From: Lama glama
Taxonomy: Eukaryota
DNA: 64,000 nucleotides
Direction of reading: 5' to 3'
Assembly (NCBI GenBank): GCA_028534125.1
Contig: CM052816.1
Coordinates: 96,598,001 to 96,662,000, forward strand
The notes beneath the pieces were generated by a model that searched no databases, had not been told where the DNA came from, and saw only the letters and a program-made list of their open reading frames with translations. The position numbers and the translations under genes were made by a program. Of this stretch, positions 38,421 to 51,010 are shown piece after piece; within the stretch, counting starts at the first letter, position 1, and every line of letters begins with the position of its first letter.

Positions 38421-40310
38421 ACATGTGATGTTAGCTGGCGGGTTTTGTAGATGCTTTTTTTCAAGGTGAAAGAATTCTCTTTTATTTCTAAGTTGCTGAG
38501 ATTATTTTTTTTTAATCACGAATAGATGTTGAATTGTACCAAATGCTTTTTCTCCATCAATTGTTAGGTTCATGTGGTATTTGTTCTTTAGACTATTGAC
38601 GTGGTAGATTGTATTGATTGACATTTTTAAAATACTAGGCTCTCCTTTTGTCCCAGGAACAAACCACCCCTCTTTGTTGGCAGGGAGGTACACTTTTTCT
38701 ATATACAATCAGATTCAGCTTGCTAATATTTTGTTGAGGATTTTTGTGTTTACGCTCTTGAGGAATGTTGGTCTATAGTTCTCTTTCTTTTTTTCAAAGT
38801 AATGTCTTTGCCTGGTTTGGGCATCAGGAAAATGCAGTACTCAAAAAATTATTTTGGAGGCAATTTTTCTATTTTCAGGAAGAAATGATATTGAGTTGTT
38901 ATTTCTTCTCTAAAATTTCCTTAATGCCACCAGTGAAACTACCTAAGCCTGATAATTTTTTTGGAAAGTTTTGAACTACTAATTACATTTCCATTATATT
39001 AGTAGGAGTATTCAGATTATTTGGTCCATCTTGGGTGAATTTTGATAGTTTGCACTGTTCAAAGAATTGGTCTATTTTCTCTACGTTGCTAATTTCTGTG
39101 CAGAGCTTTGTAGTGTTCTCTTATTTTTGTGAAGTCTGTGAGATCAGTAGTGATAATTATTCTTCGTTACAAATATTCATAACTTGAGTGTTCTCTTTTT
39201 TCTTTATCAGTCTTGCTAGAGGTTTATCAGCTTTACTGATCTTTTTAAAGGACCAGTTTTGGTTCACTGATTTTTCTCTACTTTTCTGTTTTCATTTTTT
39301 ATTGATTCTGTTCTTATTTTCTTGCTTTTAATTTATTTTGTTCTTGTTCTTACCTATTAAGTCAAATAACTGATTTCAGGCTTTTTTTTTGTTTGTTTCC
39401 AAGTACCATAACTTTCCCCTTCAGCAAAACGTCATTTGATTTCCACATATTTTGATATGTTGTGTTTTTATTTTCATTCAGTTCAGTATATATATTTTTC
39501 AAATTTCCTTTGAGACTTTCTCTTTCGCCCATGGATTATGAGATGTATGTTGATTAAATTTCAAGCATTTGATGGTTTTCCTCCCATCTTTCTGTGACTG
39601 ATTTCTGATTAAATTGCATTGTGGTTAGAGGACATACTTTTATGAATTTTACTTTTATGATTTCTAGTATTTATTAACTCTTTTGGTTTATTTTATGAAC
39701 CAGGATAAAGACTATCTTGGTGAATATTCCTTAGGCACTTGAAGAAAATGTGTATTTTTCTGTTGTTGACTGGAGGGTTCTATAAATGTCAAGTAGATTC
39801 CATTTGTCAGTGGTGGTGTTCTTCTGTGCACTTCCTGATTTTCAGTCTATACCAAATATGTTAACTATAAAGAGGGGGGTTATTAATGTGCCCAAATGTA
39901 ACTGTGAATTCATCTATTTCTCCTTTTAGTTCTGTTAGTTTTTCTCTCATGTATTTTGAATCTTTATTGTTTGGTACCTATGCTTCTAGGATTGTTATGT
40001 CTTTTTGTTGACTAGCACTTTAATTGCTATCTAATGTCCTTCTTTGTTCCTAGAATGTTTTCTTCCTGGAGTCTAATTGGCCTGGACCTCAGCTTTTGTT
40101 TGCTTAGTTTTTATGTGGCTTATCTTCTTCTAATTTGTTTTCCTTTTTTCTTATATGTATCTTTATCTTTGAAGTGTCTTCTAGACAGTGTATAGTTGCG
40201 TGAGTTATTAATTGGTTTAATTCATTCTGACAATTTCTGTGGGTCTTGAAATTTACTTTTAAGTTAATTCTTCGCATATTAACATTGAGATCTGCCATTT
40301 TATTATTTGT
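38420..40310 (-). mobile_element. Decayed L1 ORF2 (endonuclease to reverse transcriptase)
   Basis: ORF 40104-40298 resembles the EN N-terminus (MADLN...TIHCLEDT). ORF 38502-38708 has SINTIYHVNSLKNKYHMNLTIDGEKAFGTIQH, matching the L1 RT motif SINVIHHIN..HMIISIDAEKAFDKIQH. Confidence 0.9.
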
Positions 40311-40479
40311 TTGGATTATTGACTTTGAATTAGATGTTGCTGGTATATCTACAACCCATAGACCAATAGAATTAGAGTGTCTGGGAATATTGGATCAATA
40401 TCTTATTTGATAGATTTTAAAGTATATATTTCAGAAATGGAACAAATGCTAACAGAAATGAGTGCAGTTTAAATAAAAT

Positions 40480-40655
40480 ATCATAGACTGCTCATTAGTG
40501 CAGGGTTTCTTTGGAAGTGATGAAAATATTTTAATGTTAGATTTTAGAGATGGTTGCACAACACCATGAAAGTATTAAAAAACATTTGGTTGTATATTTA
40601 AATGGGTGAATTGCACAGTACGTAGATTATATTTCAACATGCTGTTAAAATTCAA
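40480..40655 (+). mobile_element. L1MB-like 3' end
   Basis: cagggtttctttggaagtgatgaaaatatt...gatggttgcacaac...aaatgggtgaattg. Confidence 0.75.
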
Positions 40656-40964
40656 AGGTAAAAACAAACAAAAAAGCCTAATAAATCAATTTAGTGGTCA
40701 TGTTGTCTTAGTTTTATTATTGAAAGTTGACCCCCCAAAATGCCTCATCCTGGATTTAAAGACAAATATGATTAAAAAACAAAAACTTTAATAAAATGGT
40801 GGGTTCCCTTTCACCTTTCAGGAATTATTTCATGATAATATCTTCAGGCAACATTCAGCCTCCAAAAGGTCTTAGTAGTGGATGCTTAGTTTCTGGATAT
40901 TGCAGTACCATTCCCACCTGAATTTCTCCTGTGCACAGATGACGTGAAAGAGCAAAGAGAGCTC

Positions 40965-41464
40965 NNNNNNNNNNNNNNNNNNNNNNNNNNNNNNNNNNNN
41001 NNNNNNNNNNNNNNNNNNNNNNNNNNNNNNNNNNNNNNNNNNNNNNNNNNNNNNNNNNNNNNNNNNNNNNNNNNNNNNNNNNNNNNNNNNNNNNNNNNNN
41101 NNNNNNNNNNNNNNNNNNNNNNNNNNNNNNNNNNNNNNNNNNNNNNNNNNNNNNNNNNNNNNNNNNNNNNNNNNNNNNNNNNNNNNNNNNNNNNNNNNNN
41201 NNNNNNNNNNNNNNNNNNNNNNNNNNNNNNNNNNNNNNNNNNNNNNNNNNNNNNNNNNNNNNNNNNNNNNNNNNNNNNNNNNNNNNNNNNNNNNNNNNNN
41301 NNNNNNNNNNNNNNNNNNNNNNNNNNNNNNNNNNNNNNNNNNNNNNNNNNNNNNNNNNNNNNNNNNNNNNNNNNNNNNNNNNNNNNNNNNNNNNNNNNNN
41401 NNNNNNNNNNNNNNNNNNNNNNNNNNNNNNNNNNNNNNNNNNNNNNNNNNNNNNNNNNNNNNNN
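40965..41464. other. Assembly gap (exactly 500 N)
   Basis: Direct reading. Confidence 0.99.
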
Positions 41465-41846
41465 ATAGTGTCTACCTCTGGCATTTTAGTCTGTTCTTTC
41501 AAAATTTTAGTTTTTCCTAATGTCATTTGGCAAGCTTGATTATCCAATTAGTGATATTCCGGCAAATATCCTACAGATATAAGTCATTTTGCATATATCC
41601 TTGAGGAGTGTTTGTGTGTTCCAACCGGCTCCATCTGACCATCCAACTCCACGCTTCATGGGACTGCATGCCTTGTCTGAATGGAGAGCAATTTAACTGT
41701 ACATTATTGTGCCACTGGGTTCTCCTCACATATTCAAACCAAATGTATCACTGTATTCAAACTTCAAAGTGCTCCTCTAGTAGCTGGAGCAGCAGAAGGG
41801 ACCTTTTAAAAAATGTTAATGTTTAAAAAGATTAAAAACCTGTCAC

Positions 41847-41988
41847 TAAACAGCAAGTTTCTACTGTATAGTGCAGGGAACTATATTCAATATCCTGTAA
41901 TAACCTATTTCTACGTATCTATATATGTAACTGAATCGCTATGCTGTACATCAGAAACTAACACAACATTGTAAATCAACTGTACTTC
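41847..41988 (+). mobile_element. Artiodactyl-type L1 3' fragment
   Basis: aagtttctactgtatagtgcagggaactatattcaatatc...aacacaacattgtaaatcaact. Confidence 0.8.
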
Positions 41989-42082
41989 TTTGTTTTTCAC
42001 TTTAATCTGTTTTGAGATATTCTGCCTTGGTGAATTAACAAAGAGAAGTATTGCCTTTCACAACAGTAATATCCATCAATGC

Positions 42083-42084
<2 letters not shown>

Positions 42085-42118
<34 letters not shown>
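42085..42118. repeat. (TG)17 microsatellite
   Basis: Direct reading. Confidence 0.95.
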
Positions 42119-42120
<2 letters not shown>

Positions 42121-44513
42121 GTATGTGCCCTTTGTAATGTTAGGGTACGTTCCTTCTACATCCAATCTGAAGGATATTATATTTTATCAAATGCTTTTTC
42201 TGCATTTATTTTTCCCTTTTTCAGTTTTATTTGGTAGAATTATCAATGTGACTGTACATATACATTACACTGCATGTAAATACATATGTACAAATACTGC
42301 ACTTATTTTTTTCATTCACATATATGTACTGATCATTGTTTCTGAGAACATAAATCAACTATACTTAAAAAACAAAAACAAAATATCTGTCACTATTAGC
42401 ACCTCCTAGAGTCCTATCTCAGAGGAAGTAGGGGCAGGAGGCTGAGTCTCAGTGTGACACTTGGACTTCAGAGGGATGATGGAAGATTCCAGGATTTTAT
42501 GATAGACTCTGACAACTGCAAAAGCAATGCGAATAAGATGACAGTTAATGTTTTCTTCTGTCGCAGAGCTAAAGGTTAAAATATGATTCAGTGCCGCAGA
42601 CTTTCAGGGGCTATCTTCCACTGTGAAATTCATCACATCTATTTATAAGGGAAATGTGCGCTAGTGACACCTCTACACTTTTATACTTGAATCCATTATT
42701 GCCTGGGCTTCAATCCTTAACTTTGCAAACTAGAAATGTTTTCATCTTAAATTTGATAATTAGAGAATGATGCCAATAAAGATATACCTATTTTCTAAAT
42801 TGCATTTAAATAATATTTTCCTTTCTTGTGAGTTCAAAAATTATTTAAAAATTTACAGCTGGGGAAATATTTTTCTTGTAAATCTTTTTTTCCTTGTAAT
42901 GAAATTGAACTTTTATATTGACTATTGGTTCCTTGGATTGGGAGGGAAAAATGTGAATCCATTATTGTTGCCTTTTGTCAGTGTCAATAATTAATACCTC
43001 AGTTGTTTAGGGCAGAGAAGTCAATCAGCAGAATAAAAAAGGAGAGGGTGAATCTAAGGGGCCTTAGGGTCTGTTTGCATTTCCTAGAAATAATGTTGAT
43101 GTTCTCCTCCAGGTAGCCCGCGGGTGCCCCACACAGAAAGCTGAGCCCCTTTACACTCACCCCCACCAACCAACTCGGGGCAGAGTATGGTAGAATCTCT
43201 ATAACATTGAATGGATGTATGAAGGTATATATGAATGGACAAATAAATGAACTGATGCTCATGATGATTCTTGGATGTCAAATAAATAACTCAGTTCTTA
43301 GAAAAAGGCCTTCCTCTAAAATAAAAATCATATAGGAAAACTCATCTTCAATCATGTCTTAAAAATGTAAATTTGGGAATAATTTAATGACATCTGGCTC
43401 ATCTAATGGCTTTCAGTAAATGTATTTAATTTTTAATTTTGTTAAGTGTCTAATACATGCTACTTTCACTCTTTTATCAGGTTGGATAACCATTAAGTGG
43501 ATATTTTCTTGTTAATGACAATCAGTGTTGTTGCTTCCAAACCCTTGAAATTCTCTTCTGATTTGAGATAAAAGGACTTAGGTCCCTGGGGTGGCCTCAG
43601 AGTCCCTGAGCTGTGCAGATTTGCAGGCGTGGTTTTTTGCTCCCTGCCTGGGAAGCACGGGCCGAGATACACAGTCCTCCTGCAGCGCCAACGATGCAGC
43701 TGTCAGGCACCCGGTAGAGCTTTGGAATAAAGGTCTGCGTGCTGAGCGTCCTGAAGCTCCCTCGGAAACCCTGGCCCTCTTAGACATCTGGGGTGATCCT
43801 GCTGCTCGATGTGTTGGTCCAACAATTTAAATGAACTGCTCTTACTTATACCTCGAAGGTCAGACAGCAAAGTCTGCAGTGGTTTATCTCTCCATATATA
43901 TTCATGGCAATTGATACCAAAACCCCTTGATCTGTGTTTATCAGAGTGGATTTCCCTCTGCTTCAGCTTCCCAGGTTGATGTGTTAGACAGCATCTGGCT
44001 GAAGGTCCTCTGGGAGGATTGGGAATTGCCCAGACGTTCTGACTACATGTGCAGGATTCCTCCAAGGGGCTCGCCTCATCTGGATTCAGAGAAGAGACCC
44101 CAAAACAATCGTGCAAGAGCAAGGCTGGCTGTCTTTTGCTCAGATGAGACTCAGCAGGATCACAGATATTAACTGAAAGGTAGAAGATCCGGCTGCAGAA
44201 GGATGCGAAGTATGCAGGGGGCAGAGAGAGGCAACAGGTCTGCCCCCATCAGGCTGCAGACCCAATGCTAGTGCCCCAGGGCAGTCCCCTTCCCAACATG
44301 CCCTGGATTCCTGGTGGCCTTCCTTCCTGACAGACAAGATAACAACCAACACATGGGAAAAGGAGGGATGTTAAGGGTCTCTTCATTTCCACTCTTGTTT
44401 CTGTGAAGTTTAAAAGACTGGCATTTCTCTAAATCCTTGAGGTTCTATACAAAAAGAGGGGTGACAATCATATCACTTTATAATCATCTGGAATGTCTAT
44501 GTTCAAGTATTAC

Positions 44514-44578
44514 AGAAATTAGGAAAGAAATTAAAGAAAATTAAAGAAATTAAAGAAATTGAAGAAAACTAATTAAAG
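44514..44578. repeat. Imperfect 9-mer tandem repeat (AAGAAATTA)n
   Basis: aagaaattaaagaaaattaaagaaattaaagaaattgaagaaaa. Confidence 0.8.
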
Positions 44579-44596
44579 ACATTAGGAAGCCAAATA

Positions 44597-44929
44597 CAGT
44601 CGTCCTTTGGTATCCTCAAGGGATTGGTTCCAGGATGCCCGCGGATACCAAAACCCATGCTGCCCAAGTCCCTCCTACAAAATGGTGTAGTATTTAGTGT
44701 CATCTACACACATCCACCCATATAACTTAAATCATCTCAGGTTATTGATAATACATTCATAAATAAAAATGCTATGTGAATAGTTGTAAATACAAATGTA
44801 AATGCTGTGTAAATGTGGCGAAATCAAGTTTTGCTTTTTGGAACTTTCTGAAAAATTTTTCCCAAATATGCTGGATCTGTGGTTGGTTGAGTCCCTGGAT
44901 GCGAATCCCGTGAATTCAGAGGGTTGATG
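44597..44929 (+). mobile_element. MER2-family Tigger MITE
   Basis: TA|cagtcgtcctttggtatcc...gattggttccagga...cagagggttgatg|TA; degenerate TIRs with TA target duplication. Confidence 0.85.
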
Positions 44930-45424
44930 TAAAACTCAAGTTACTCTCTGGCTGACGCTAGCGTGCTTCTCAGATTTACGTACTGCTTCCTGGGAGTCTA
45001 TAACCAAGGTGCTCTCACATGGACCCGACTTCATTCCGCTCTCCGAAGCTTCCTCGTGAGGACTCTAAAGACAAGCAACATGTTTCACAGGAATAAAAGA
45101 AAAGGAATCTACTGCCTTCCCCAGTTACAGAATTAGTGGTGATGGCTACACAACTTCCTGGATATAATAACATCCACCGAACTGCACACTTTAATAGGAC
45201 TACTTTATGGTGTATGAAAGAAATCTTAATTTTAAAAGAATATTAAATTAAAATGCTCTCACAAAGTGCAAAAAAAATAGACTTTTAAAAATTTTTAAGT
45301 AAACTGAAATATATTGGAACATTATAGGAGGAGTGGAGATAGAGAAAAACTCCCAGAATCAAAACTCTTGACAGGAAATTATGGGAAAATCATTGAAAGT
45401 TACAAATAGGAAAGAAAGTAGTGT

Positions 45425-45632
45425 ATAGAGCCAGCCCTCCTATTGGCAGTTTTCACAGTTGCAACTTGATCCGAAAATCCATCTGAGATTGGATGAATGC
45501 TTGGATGCAAAACCAGCAGATGCAGAGGGCTGACTCTACTACATCACTTTATATTAAGGGACTTGAGCATCCACAAATTTTGGTACCTGCAGGGGTCCTG
45601 GAACCGATCTCCCTGGATGCCAGGGGCAACTG
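45425..45632 (-). mobile_element. MER2/Tigger-related MITE
   Basis: aagggacttgagcatcc...ttttggtacc...gtcctggaaccgatc...gggcaactg, the reverse complement of the MER2 left end. Confidence 0.75.
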
Positions 45633-46109
45633 TGTATACAGCGTCACCATGATGAACATTAGTCCCTGAGATACTTTCCAATCACAAGACTGTCAACCAG
45701 AGGGCTAAAATCGTCTTTGAATTTATGTTGTGTTAGTCTGTATTGGATTAAAGTGATCTCTCTCTTGTCCCACTGCTCGTGAAGAGGATGAGCCTCAGAG
45801 AAAAGTCCTGGAAAATTCTCTTGACTCTGGACAATGGGATGATCCGGGGTGATCTAACTCCCTCTTACTTTTCACACTCCTTTCTTTATCACTTGAAAGG
45901 TCTTCCAAGACATCACTGTGCAAATGCCAGTATTCCTACAGAGAGGGAGGTGTCAGCATGACCCCTGAGTCCCAGCTCCAGACAAGCGAGAGCAGCAGAA
46001 CATCTCTCAAAGTGTGAATTACAAACGCATCAAGTCCAGTTATACAGTATTTTCTCTCTTACACAATCTTCAGAAAGGCTTAAAAATGGAATATAGGCAT
46101 GATTTAGGG

Positions 46110-46274
46110 CAGCAGATCTCAAACTTTAGCAGGTATCAGATACACCTGGGGGCTTGTTAACACATATTGCCGAGACCCTCCCCTAAGTTTCAGGTTTCGT
46201 AGGCCTGGGGTAGAGGCACAGAATTTCCATTTTTAACAAGTTCCAAGAGATGCTGTTGTTAGCCTGGTACCACT
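46110..46274. mobile_element. MER5A (hAT-Charlie)
   Basis: tctcaaactttagcaggtatcagatacacctgg...gtaggcctggggt...aacaagttcca. Confidence 0.75.
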
Positions 46275-47464
46275 GATTAATGGAATGAAGGATATAAAAC
46301 TATACACTATTCCATTTTAGGGACATAGAGAAAGATGGTATGTTATTCATTAAATAAATAAATATTCTCTCCTCAGATTTTTTTCCCATTAGTTCCATTG
46401 TTTACAGAGACTGTGAAACCAGCCGTAATGATGAAGGTTTCACTTTTTGCTAATCTGCTTTTTCCTTATTCTGGATCCCAGCTAGAAAGGAGATCGTACT
46501 TAGAAATCCTCTTCCATTCCTATTTTGAAACTGTTTCGGCTTTAGATTTCAGTGAAACAGCTACCTCACCATGAAGAGGTTGCATTATTCTTATTGTATT
46601 ACTAGTACAGAAGAGGAAAACATCAATTATCTTACCTTTTCTTTTTAAAAAAAATTTTTCTGCAACTACTTCGTATATGTTATGGCTATTTTCTTAAGAG
46701 AAGAGTTCAGCTTACCTGAACTCTTCATCACAGTCCATCACTGCGGTGTTTAGTTTTGTTTTTTTTTTAATGGTCAGCTTGCTGAGACAGCCTCTCTACT
46801 CGGTAGCTCTTTGTCCCCAGCTGTGTTTGATCTGGGTTTCCCTATCCAGCTCACCAGGCCTTTTCAACAAGCAGACAGGAGTCTTTGCTGAGTCCCAGAA
46901 CATAGCTTAGAACACGTCCAAAGTCAGTAACAGAAATGAAGGCTCGTCAAGTTATTTAGGCATCGTAAGGAGGCTGGTCCTGGTGCCCGAGGAGATAATA
47001 GCAGCTTAGAGGTGTGTATGGCATTCACTTCTGCATAAGCCACAGACTGCTGCGTACAAATGCACTGTCATCCCCATTTATATCAGGATGATAATAGTTG
47101 GATTCTAATGAAAGACCTGAAGCAAGTTGTCACAGACGGCTGTGATCATTTAGGATACGAGAAAGCTTTATGAACATGAAGGCAGAGAGGGAGGGAAGTA
47201 AGGATACAGTCTGTCCCCTGTCGGGGGCCAATGAAAGAAAATCTGACTCAAGATCAAAGCTATGTTTTACAGATTAACTGGGTTAAAGATGTGTCTTCTC
47301 CAAGCTGGTCTTCTAGCTGGAACTTGCCTCTTGTTTCTCATGCCTTTGTCCTTGCTCTCTTTCAGCTTTCATGCATTTCCCCCCCCTTCTCCCCACTGCT
47401 ATCTGCTCATGTTCTCTTGAACTCATTAGAGTCTTTTCTTTGTATGTGAATTCTACATTATTTG

Positions 47465-48885
47465 AAGACTTTATTGTTAAGGCATTTTTAGGTTCATAGC
47501 AAAATTGAGGGGAAGGTACGGAGATTACCTCCCGTTCCCTCCCTCACTAACAACATCCCCAAGAGCGGTGCCTTTGTTACACTGATGAACTTACACCGAC
47601 ACAACCATAATCACCCACAGCCCACAGCTTACATTAAGATTCACTCTTGGTGTTGTACGTTCCATGGATTCAGACAAATGTGCAATGACATGTACCTATT
47701 ATTATAGTATCAGATAAGCTATTTTCAGTTCACTAATATAATCTGTGTTCTAACTATCCATCTTTCACCCTCCACCTCCAACCCCTGGCAACTACTAATA
47801 TGTTTATTGTCTCTTTAATTTGCTTCTTCCAGAGTGTCATATCGTTGGAATCACAGTCTAGATTTTTCAGATCGTACTGTCTTTGTCTGGTTTTGGTATT
47901 AGGGTAATGGTGGCCTCATGGAATGAATTTGAGAATGTTGCCTCCTCTTCAATTTTTTTGGTTGAAAAAATAGGTATTAGTTCTTCTTTACATGTTTAAA
48001 TGATTTTTATTATTTTTTAATTGTGGTAAAAACACATAATACAAAGTTAACCATCTTAATCAATTCTAAGTGTACAGGTGAATAGCATTAAGAATCTTCA
48101 CATTGTCGTGCAACCAATTTCCAGAACTGTTTTATTCTGCAAAACTGAAACTCTAGACCCATTAAATGACAGCTGACTATTTCCCTGGTCCCAGCCCCTG
48201 ACACCAACATTTTACTTTCTGTTTCTGTGAACCTGACTACGGTAGACACCTCATTTAAGTGGAAGTATACAGTATTTGTCTATCAGTAACTGGCTTATTT
48301 CAGTTAACATGTTGTCCTCAACGTTGATCCATGTTGTAGTATGTGTCAGAATGTTCTTCCTTTATAAGGCTGAATAATATTTCACTGTGTGATTAGACTA
48401 CATTGTGCTGAATGAAAAATGCCAATCCCAACATGTTACGTACCACGTGATTTCATGTACGTAACTTGTTTTGGAATGGCAAAATTCTAGAAATATAAAG
48501 TAGATCACTGATTATCACACGTTGGGGATGATGGTGGAGGCGTTATTAAAGGTAGTATGACCAAGTCTTATCATGATGGAACGGTTTAGAATCTTGACTG
48601 TGATACAGATACACAAATTGCACACATGTTAAAATTGTGTAGAACTAAAATACACATGCACGTGGTCACACACACAAGTACATATAACACTAAGAAAATC
48701 TGAATAAGATCAGTGACTTACAGCACTGTTAATAACTTGCTTATGATAACTGACATAATCACACTTACATGATGTTTACCACTGGGAGAGTCTGAGCAAA
48801 GCGTTCATGGGATACTTATGGATTACTTCTTTCAGCTGCATGCAGATCTGCAGTTATCCAAATTAAAAATTCAATGTAAAAATAA
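47465..48885. mobile_element. L1 cluster: L1MC-like (-), L1MB-like (-) and L1MD-like (+) fragments
   Basis: Antisense 3' ends at about 47465 and 48010; sense 3' end at 48405-48885. Confidence 0.75.
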
Positions 48886-49494
48886 CAATTCCCAAGACCT
48901 CTGGGTGCATTTTCTAAACCACATAAACTTCTGTATCTCTTTCTTGGGACCACCCAGATTCACTGTGATCGTCCCCAATACTTTTTTTTTTTTGTAGAAC
49001 GATTAAGTTTTACTTGTTATTTCAGAAAGTACTGTTACTACTGAAGCGTCAATCATTTCTGCCTGTTCTATCTGGTAAGTAGAAACACACAAGTTTCTGT
49101 TAAAAATGAAAACGAATGGAAGGATTAAAAATAAGAAAAAACAGAACTCTAGTCTGTAGAAAAAATTCCCTACAGTTTATTCACTGGGTTTCTTGATTGT
49201 CTAAAGACTGCCTGGGGGACATGTGTCAAAAGTAATACAGTACCCTTCACTCAGGGGCTCCTGGCGGGGACTCCCCTGGCAGAGCTCTTAACCATTTCCT
49301 GGAAGGAGGATCTTACAGCCGTTAGGATTGATGTCTCTGACTGCAAACGGCAGCCACTAATTTTAATCACTGCTTGACATGTAGCTTTTTGCAACTCAGA
49401 GCTGCCTTCTTTGGGTTCACCTCTCTGAAAATGTCATTACCATTACATCACTGTACCTTATACAGAAAAAAGTGATCCTTAATGTGACTTCAGC

Positions 49495-49900
49495 CCTTGT
49501 CTATCTGCCTGGCTGGCTGTGATTTTAGGTCCGGCTGTTTAGAGGTCTTAAGTCCAAAGGGAGGAACGGTTTCACCAGGGGCCGTGACAAATGATCCCGC
49601 TGAATGGAGGCTGGCTCTGCCTCTTGGGCCCTTTGAGCATCTCATGCCTCTGAATCAACAGGCAAAGAAAGGAGTCGCTGTGCTGGCTGGGGGACGATCT
49701 TGACTTTGAAGGGAAAGTGGGTGTCTCCTGCATAATGCAGGTAGGGAGGAGGGAGTCTGGAAAGCAATCATGGACGTGGTCTTTTGGTATTTTCGTGTAC
49801 GTGATTAAAGCTGACGGGAAACTATAACAACCTGATGCAGGCAGGACTGCTGGTAGTCCTGACCCTCCAGGAATGAGGGTCGGGTCACCTCACCAAAGCA
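49495..49900 (+). mobile_element. ERV-L internal fragment encoding a decayed dUTPase region
   Basis: ORF 49497-49703 LEVLSPKGGTVSPG...WRLALPLGPFEHLMPLNQQAKKGVAVLAG, continuing via frameshifts as DLDFEGKVG..LLHNAGREEGVW..VIKADGKL*QPDAGRT; matches the ERV-L dUTPase region as recalled. Confidence 0.85.
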
Positions 49901-49934
49901 TCATGAAAGGAGGAGGTGTTTAGTGAGAGAATAT

Positions 49935-50140
49935 AGAATGTCCCCAGATTGCTCTCAAATGGTTCCAAAAAAGAAATGTAAATATTTATGTATATGAGAG
50001 AGAGAGAGAGAGAGAAGGAATATGGGGCAAAACAAACAATTCCTGACTTTGGGTAAAAGGTGTATGAAAGTTCCTGTACTAATCTTGAACTTTTTCTGTG
50101 ATTTGAAATTGTAGCAAAAAAAAAAGTTTACAAAAATAAA
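49935..50140 (+). mobile_element. L1MC4-like 3' end with (GA)n
   Basis: ctctcaaatggttcc...tgggtaaaaggtgtatgaaagttcctgtactaatcttg. Confidence 0.65.
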
Positions 50141-50639
50141 ACTATAAAATCAGTGGTTTTAAATCGAGTTTGGGGAACATTTCAAACTCATAGAAACAAA
50201 GTTGTTTTCTATGGGAAATGATAATTTTTCAGTAACTATAACTGTTTAACCCTAAAATCTAACTGTTACTGTGCACATGCGAGTTTTTGCTGAACCCAGC
50301 CCTCACGGGATGCAAGAGCTGTTATGGCCTTTCACTCTTCATCACTGCAGAACTATTATTTCTGGTCGCATTGTTCGCTTTGCACTTCCGTGATCTAGCC
50401 AGCTGCCGAACACAAAAGCGGCTGTAACGCACATCACAAGTGTTGTTTACCCTCATCAGCACAGTCTGCTCCCACCACCAGCATAAAGTCAGGCTGCAAT
50501 CATGCTCCTTAGTCAATGGTTCTTGTCATTTTTTGTGCTTTTCATTCAAGTTATGAAATGTCTGCCCTTAAAGATTACACTTCTTTGGGTCCATTAAGAA
50601 TAAAATCCCATTGGAAACTCTAGAGATGAGAGCAGCGTT

Positions 50640-51010
50640 AGACTTAAACGTGTAACAGTGGGAACTGGGGGAAAGGAGACATCGGCAAGATGGTCCTCTC
50701 CAGGGAGGAGACCTATGAAATGGGGAGTGAGTGTGAGGCCAGAGAATGGTGACTTGGGAGAAGGGTCTCCCAGGCAGAAGGATCAGCAGGCGCAGGAGCC
50801 CGGGTGGGACTGACAAGCCCACAGGAAGCTCTCCGTGGCCACTGCAGAGTGAAGAGGGAGCCAGTGGGTTGAGATGAGAGACAGACCACAGAACATGTGC
50901 CCTTCATTGTGAGTGGAATGGGGAGTCCCTGGCGGATTTTAGGAAGAAACTGAAGTGATTGTGATGCACTGAACCACATTCCTCAGCGCTTTGCAGCCTG
51001 TCTGCACAGC
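50640..51010 (-). mobile_element. L2 fragment
   Basis: ccaggcagaaggatcagcaggcgc...gaatggggagtccctggcggattttagg. Confidence 0.6.

Noticed and set aside
40855..41547. 230-aa and 174-aa ORFs
   Set aside because: Artefacts of the N gap
50150..50330. Imperfect palindrome catagaaacaa/tgttttctatg as an RNA hairpin gene
   Set aside because: Short and imperfect; more likely an old DNA-transposon remnant
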